A stretch of DNA of 64,000 nt, taken from assembly GCA_964016885.1 (NCBI GenBank), contig OZ024742.1:239816001-239880000 (forward strand), written 5' to 3'. This document shows, one piece after another, positions 57,893 to 64,000 of the stretch. Source of the DNA: Eledone cirrhosa (taxonomy: Eukaryota). The notes under the pieces are model-generated. The model was given only the letters and a program-made list of their open reading frames with translations. It was not told the DNA's origin and searched no databases. The stretch's first letter is position 1; each line of letters opens with the position of its first letter. Both the position numbers and the translations under genes were made by a program.

Positions 57893-59165
57893 GACGTTAT
57901 TATTGTTAATTTTACTGATGTAGTATTAACTTATTAACTTGGATATTTACCATGCGGTATTCTAATCCTATTGTAATCCTATTCTAATCCTATTGTATCT
58001 CTCTCAGTTATTTACCATGCGACCCTCAGTTCCTACCCCCCCCCCCTCTCTATGCACTTCTTTAAGGCTTACTACCCTGTCTTTAACCTAATTCATTCAA
58101 TCTGAAAATATTGAAGAGATAAGATACTTTCCCATTCTTCTCTGCTAAAATGTATCACTAGAGCTGATTCCAATTATTCCAGCCATCTACGAAGGTATTT
58201 TAGCCTACATATTGTCGTTAATATTATGATGTTCCCTGCTGTATTAGCGTTAAATTTTCCCTGCTGTATTAGCGATAAATTTTCTAGGGTTTCTCTTAGT
58301 AGTTTTTTCATGACATTATTATTGTTAATTTTACTGATGTAGTATTAACTTATTAACTTGGATATTTACCATGCGGTATTCTAATCCTATTGTATCTCTC
58401 TCAGTTATTTACCATGCGACCCTCAGTTCCTACCCCCCCCCCCCTCTCTATGCACTTCTTTAAGGCTTACTACCCTGTCTTTAACCTAATTCATTCAATC
58501 TGAAAATATTGAAGAGATAAGATACTTTCCCATTCTTCTCTGCTAAAATGTATCACTAGAGCTGATTCCAATTATTCCAGCCATCTACGAAGGTATTTTA
58601 GCCTACATATTGTCGTTAATATTATGATGTTCCCTGCTGTATTAGCGTTAAATTTTCCCTGCTGTATTAGCGATAAATTTTCTAGGGTTTCTCTTAGTAG
58701 TTTTTTCATGACATTATTATTGTTAATTTTACTGATGTAGTATTAACTTATTAACTTGGATATTTACCATGCGGTATTCTAATCCTATTGTATCTCTCTC
58801 AGTTATTTACCATGCGACCCTCAGTTCCTACCCCCCCCCCCCCCTCTCTATGCACTTCTTTAAGGCTTACTACCCTGTCTTTAACCTAATTCATTCAATC
58901 TGAAAATATTGAAGAGATAAGATACTTTCCCATTCTTCTCTGCTAAAATGTATCACTAGAGCTGATTCCAATTATTCCAGCCATCCATCTAATCTACGAA
59001 GGTATTTTAGCCTACATATTGTCGTTAATATTATGATGTTCCCTGCTGTATTAGCGATAAATTTTCTAGGGTTTCTCTTAGTAGTTTTTTCATGACGTTA
59101 TTATTGTTAATTTTACTGATGTAGTATTAACTTGGATATTTACCATGCGACTCTCAGTTCCTACA
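57893..59165. repeat. Tandem array of three near-identical ~385-420 bp units plus a partial fourth
   Basis: The unit start ttattattgttaattttactgatgtagtattaac recurs near 57897, 58316, 58714 and 59098. Confidence 0.95.
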
Positions 59166-59189
59166 TCACAATTTCCCCCCCCCCCCCAC

Positions 59190-62100
59190 CCCCACACACC
59201 ACCATAGTCTATTCGACCAATCAAACCTAGCATGCCATTTCCACTGCTGCTGCTACTACCTGCCTAACTAACTCTCTCCTCCTCTGGCGCATCCCAACAC
59301 ACCCTGCCATTACCCCACCACCACTGTTCTTCTAGCCCTCAATTTTCCCACCGTTATGGATGGATGAGCTGGGAATACACGAGCAACTCTGAATCAATAG
59401 ATGAAATATGAATCTGCGAGCTACCAAGCACCCACGTGAAGCGCCAACCCAGAGACCCTCCCCTACGAGTGTCGACAAATGCCCAAAACTCCGAGTTGGT
59501 ACCATCAATGTAGGCTCAATGAAAGGAAGAGCAGGAGAAATCGTAGAAATGCTAGAGCGAAAGGAAGTTGATGTATGCTGTGTGCAAGAGGCTAGATGGA
59601 GAGGAGGGTCTGCTAGAGTCCTTGTAGGAAAAAGCCAGTGCTACAAATTTTTCTGGGTGGGAAATGACGATGGGATGGGTGGTGTAGGTATACTATTAGC
59701 TGACAAGTGGGTAGATAAAGTAATCTCAGTGTACAGGGTAAATGCAAGAATCATTAAACTCAGACTAGTCCTGAATAAGACAATTACCACAATAATATCA
59801 GCTTACGCACCCCAATCGGGGCTGCCAGACGAACTTAAGGATAGGTTTTACGAGTCCCTAATACACACTACTGCTCTAACAGACGACAAGGACTTCCTAA
59901 TCATTGCAGGAGATTTTAACGGACACGTAGGTAAACACTGCGACGGCTTCAATAGAGTACATGGAGGCCATGGAGTTGGCACAAGGAATGAGGAAGGATT
60001 CAGACTTCTAGAATTCTGCGACGCCAATGACATGTCGATATGTAACACAAACTTTAAAAAACCCGACAACCACCTGATCACCTATAGATCAGGGGAGCAC
60101 TCTAGTCAGTTAGATTTTATCCTCATCAGAGGACGTGACAGATGGACGGTCGTAAACACAAAAGCCTTCCCTAGTGAGGAATGTACATCCCAACATAGCT
60201 TAGTTGTCAGCGACCTCACGGTCAGAACTAGACGAGCCCTGAAACAGAGGCCAACCTGGAGAAGAAAGATCTGGAAGCTGAAAGTCCCCTCAACCAGTAA
60301 CAGATTTAAAGATATTTTACTCAACGCCTACGACAGTAAAGAAGAACAGATAGAGACATTTAACGTAGAAGAGAACTGGGAGTTCCTAAAAAATAACTTA
60401 CTAGAGGCGACGGATGAGGTTTGTGGCTGGAGTAAGACCTCAAGCAGGAGGAGAGTGACTTGGTGGTGGAACAATAAGGTAGATGAAGCAGTCAAGGCCA
60501 AGAGACAGGCATGGAAAGAATGGAAGAACGGGGGGAGCAGGGTACATTACATAGAGACCAAGAGGGAAGCTAGGCGACAAGTATCCTTAGCTAGGAGGGA
60601 AGCAGAGGATAGAAAATTCAAGCATGTTTTACAACGTGAGGACCAGAAACAGGAGGTATTCAAGATTGCGAGGCAGTGTGTCAGAGATAGTTGTGATGTC
60701 ATTGGAGAGAAGTGTATCCGGAATGATAAAGGTGAGCTTGCCCTCACAAGTGCTGAGAAGAAAGATGCATGGAAGAGTCATTATGATAGATTACTAAATG
60801 AGGAGAATGCATGGGAAGAAGAGACCCTACCCCACGTAGACCCTATAGAGGGACCAGCAGTACAAGTCAGCGGCAGCGTAGTAAGTAAGGCAATCAGAGA
60901 TATGAAGATAGGGAAGGCAACCGGTCCATCGGGTATAGCTGCCGAGATGCTGAAGGCATCTGGGTCTGTAGGTCACACTATAACCACACGTATCGTTAAC
61001 CAGGTAATACTAGAGGGGGCCATACCAAAAGATTGGTGCAGTAGCATCATTGTCAACTGCTACAAAGGTAAAGGCGAATCACTAGATAGAGGAAACTATA
61101 GAGGTATAAAGTTGATGGACCAGGTCATGAAAGTAACAGAAAGAGTTATAGCACAGCTGATTAGGGACCGGGTGAATATAGACGAGATGCAATTTGGGTT
61201 TGTACCAGGGAAAGGCACCACTGATGCCCTCTTCCTTGTGAGGCAATTACAGGAAAAGTACCTAGCTAAAAGTAAGCCACTCTACTTGGCATTTGTCGAC
61301 CTTGAGAAAGCCTTTGACAGAGTTCCACGTGCAGTAATCTGGTGGGCTCTTAGAAAACTAGGAGTAGATGAATGGCTTGTGAAAGCGGTACAAGCCATGT
61401 ATAGGGGAGCAGTCAGCAAAGTTAGGATTGGCAATGAGTATAGCGAGGAATTTAGCGTACAGGTTGGGGTCCACCAGGGCTCTGTTCTTAGCCCTCTCCT
61501 GTTCATCATAGTCCTGCAGGCAATAACGGAGGAGTTTAAGACCGGATGCCCATGGGAACTCCTGTATGCTGATGACCTCGCACTCATAGCTGAATCTATG
61601 GTAGAACTAGAGAATAAATTCCAAACCTGGAAGCAGGGACTAGAGAGAAAGGGCCTCAAAGTCAACATGACAAAGACTAAGGTCCTTGTAAGTAGACGAG
61701 AAAACAGAACCCAGATCCCCTCAGGGAAATGGCCTTGCTCAGTATGTAGGAAAGGTGTAGGTAGGAACTCCATTCTCTGCCCCAAATGCAAACAATGGGT
61801 ACACAAGAGATGTAGCGGGATCTCAGGAAGCTTAATTAAGAATGTAGGATTCACATGCAGCAGCTGTGCTGAAACAGCAAGCAAACAGCCACAGGAAACA
61901 AGTACCACCAATCTCTGGGAGGGCCCTGTAGAAACAGTAGACAGCTTCTGCTACCTAGGTGACCGAATTAGCAACGGAGGTGGGTGCTCAGAAAGTACAA
62001 TAACTAGGGTAAGAACGGGATGGAAGAAGTTTAGGGAACTACTACCACTGCTAGCTGCAAAAGGCTTCTCCCTCAGAATGAAAGGCAGACTGTATGATGC

Positions 62101-62840
62101 GTGTATCCGAACAGCGATGTTGCATGGTAGTGAGACCTGGGCGCTGAAGGTGGAAGACTTACGTAGATTAGAGAGAAACGAAGCCTGCATGCTCCGATGG
62201 ATGTGTAACAGTAATATACGTGAACGACAAAGCATAAAGGAATTGAGAGAGAGACTGAGCATAAGAGGAATCAAATGCTGCGTGCAGGAGAGGCGGTTAC
62301 GCTGGTATGGACATGTGATGCGTATGAAGGATGACAGCTGCATAAAAAGGTGCAGAGCACTAGAAGTTGATGGAAACCGCGGAGTGGGGAGACCCAAGAT
62401 GACTTGGGATGAGGTGATAAAAGCCGACCTTACCCAACTACACCTCTCAAAGTCAATGACACACGACCGTGACTTCTAGCGTCACGCAGTAATACAGGGT
62501 ACCCGACCTCCCATGGGTACATGCTGAAGCATATAAACAATATGCCCCCCCCCCCCCCCCCCGCAAGGTGGCCGTGGAGGTGCCACGGCAAAAAAGCACC
62601 CAGCCCACACTGTAAAGTGGACGTGTAGGCGCCACGAAAAAGCACCCAGCACTCACTGTAAATGAGGTTGGTGTTAGGAAGGGCATCCAGCTGTAGAAAT
62701 CAAGCCAGATCAGTTCCTGTATGAGCAAGGCATGGTCAGCCGACCAGACACTGCCCACAACAGGACAACCCGTCTAACCCATGCTAGCGTGGAAGAACGG
62801 ACGTAAAACGGTGATGATGATGATGATGATGATGATGATA
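59190..62840 (+). mobile_element. LINE B, near full-length RTE retrotransposon with ~330-nt 3' UTR
   Basis: ORF, poly-C tract, GTTAGGAAGGGCATCC module, terminal CCATGCTAGCGTGGAA..CGGACGTAAA motif and (GAT)n tail. The 5' end may extend through the upstream tandem array. Confidence 0.88.
59408..62479 (+). CDS. LINE B ORF: RTE-clade APE endonuclease + RT + PHD-like finger (1023 aa)
   Basis: Same motif set as LINE A but a clearly different subfamily. Ends at a TAG where relatives have TGG. Confidence 0.95.
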   Translation: MNLRATKHPREAPTQRPSPTSVDKCPKLRVGTINVGSMKGRAGEIVEMLERKEVDVCCVQEARWRGGSARVLVGKSQCYKFFWVGNDDGMGGVGILLADKWVDKVISVYRVNARIIKLRLVLNKTITTIISAYAPQSGLPDELKDRFYESLIHTTALTDDKDFLIIAGDFNGHVGKHCDGFNRVHGGHGVGTRNEEGFRLLEFCDANDMSICNTNFKKPDNHLITYRSGEHSSQLDFILIRGRDRWTVVNTKAFPSEECTSQHSLVVSDLTVRTRRALKQRPTWRRKIWKLKVPSTSNRFKDILLNAYDSKEEQIETFNVEENWEFLKNNLLEATDEVCGWSKTSSRRRVTWWWNNKVDEAVKAKRQAWKEWKNGGSRVHYIETKREARRQVSLARREAEDRKFKHVLQREDQKQEVFKIARQCVRDSCDVIGEKCIRNDKGELALTSAEKKDAWKSHYDRLLNEENAWEEETLPHVDPIEGPAVQVSGSVVSKAIRDMKIGKATGPSGIAAEMLKASGSVGHTITTRIVNQVILEGAIPKDWCSSIIVNCYKGKGESLDRGNYRGIKLMDQVMKVTERVIAQLIRDRVNIDEMQFGFVPGKGTTDALFLVRQLQEKYLAKSKPLYLAFVDLEKAFDRVPRAVIWWALRKLGVDEWLVKAVQAMYRGAVSKVRIGNEYSEEFSVQVGVHQGSVLSPLLFIIVLQAITEEFKTGCPWELLYADDLALIAESMVELENKFQTWKQGLERKGLKVNMTKTKVLVSRRENRTQIPSGKWPCSVCRKGVGRNSILCPKCKQWVHKRCSGISGSLIKNVGFTCSSCAETASKQPQETSTTNLWEGPVETVDSFCYLGDRISNGGGCSESTITRVRTGWKKFRELLPLLAAKGFSLRMKGRLYDACIRTAMLHGSETWALKVEDLRRLERNEACMLRWMCNSNIRERQSIKELRERLSIRGIKCCVQERRLRWYGHVMRMKDDSCIKRCRALEVDGNRGVGRPKMTWDEVIKADLTQLHLSKSMTHDRDF

Positions 62841-64000
62841 GTATGATATGATATGGTGTAGATCCAAAATGTATATATGGTATGATGGGATGTAGAACAA
62901 AAATTTATATGATGTAGTACGGTCTAGTATGGTGTGATGTAGATAAAAAATGATATGGTGGAATGTTGGACAAAAATGCATATGGTATGGCATGATATAT
63001 ATATAGAACAAAAATGTATGTATGATATATGTAGATCATTATTTAATGTAACACAACACAGGATGCAGTAAAAAAAAAATTGGGTTAAAAGGTTTGATTA
63101 AAAAAAAAAAAACCTACAGCTATCACTTTCAGTTGAGTGTCATCTGGTGGTAGTTACTACGTTTTCACTAAGGGTTTTACAGCCATAAGCTGACACAGAT
63201 ACCCTCTCAACCCTTCCTTTCTTGATCCAACAGAAAATCGAAAATGTGACAATTGGAAGGAGAGAAAGCCACACCAGCACTTGGCTGGTAGATACATTCT
63301 TTATCAACTGCAAAAGGGTAAAAGACAAAGTGGACTATGGCAGGATTTGGACTCAGAATGTAAAGACAAGTAACAAATAACCAGCACTCTAATGAGTATA
63401 TCAAATTGACAGTGGGCATATTCTGAGCCCAAACAGTTTACATGACCACATCTTGCTCACATGTTCCATTATGGCATGGTTTTATGACTGGATGTCATTC
63501 CTAATGCCAATCCCTTTACAGCATATACTGAGTGTATTTTATTGTGACACTAGCATTACCACTTTACAGAGATATTAGATATCTTTCTCAGTCTGTCATG
63601 GCTTACTAGTTTTACAATGAAAGACATTTCAATCGATTAAATAAACAAATAAAATACACCAAATATTTTATGGCAATGAAATTGTAATTATGTACACATC
63701 AAAGTGAGAGAGTGGGAAAGAGAAGGGGGAAAGAGATGGATAGATGGGAGCATTATTTAAATCTAAAATCTATAAACACTAAATTGCCAGAGTAAAAGTC
63801 AAAACACCAAACAGATGAAGAAAAACATTTGGAAATCTTTCCACTTTCATTGCATCCAAGAAAACAAGAAAAGAGAGAAGGGAAAAGGAAGATAAATTAT
63901 ATTTTTAAAGAAAGATTTTTCCAAGAATTTAATATTCAAGAAATACAATAAGTATAGTTGCTTACTACAAATGATTGATGTTTAGTAGCTATGTACTTGA

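Noticed and set aside
57893-59165. CRISPR-like array interpretation of the tandem repeats (also the 48-bp UTR repeats)
   Set aside because: No unique spacers, no cas genes, and a eukaryotic context.
55395-62397. Minus-strand ORFs overlapping LINE A and B
   Set aside because: Antisense shadows of the real ORFs with no independent motifs.
49733-64000. Next upstream liprin-alpha exon (VRERLRVALER...)
   Set aside because: Not found by eye; probably beyond the window end.

Overview
AT-rich, repeat-dense animal genomic DNA. The SINE/LINE repertoire and microsatellite load look like an octopod cephalopod, but this is inference. The whole window lies inside a minus-strand liprin-alpha (PPFIA/SYD-2) gene. 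Five phase-0 coiled-coil exons are recoverable (49604-49732, 27873-28094, 18010-18156, 13785-13919, 1495-1578), and the gene's start and end fall outside the window. The introns hold two essentially intact ~1020-aa RTE-clade LINE ORFs (APE endonuclease, RT and a PHD-like finger) in a probable nested arrangement with a ~400-bp tandem array. They also hold four decayed or truncated RTE relatives, several tRNA-derived SINE families, TTAA-flanked MITEs, a pogo-like MITE, two non-autonomous Helitrons, a ~130-bp-stem hairpin and many microsatellites. The most notable signal is a modular retroelement system. One 'GTTAGGAAGGGCATCC' module sits in the 5' UTR of one LINE and in the 3' UTR of the other, and a young SINE present twice joins that module from LINE B to the terminal tail of LINE A.
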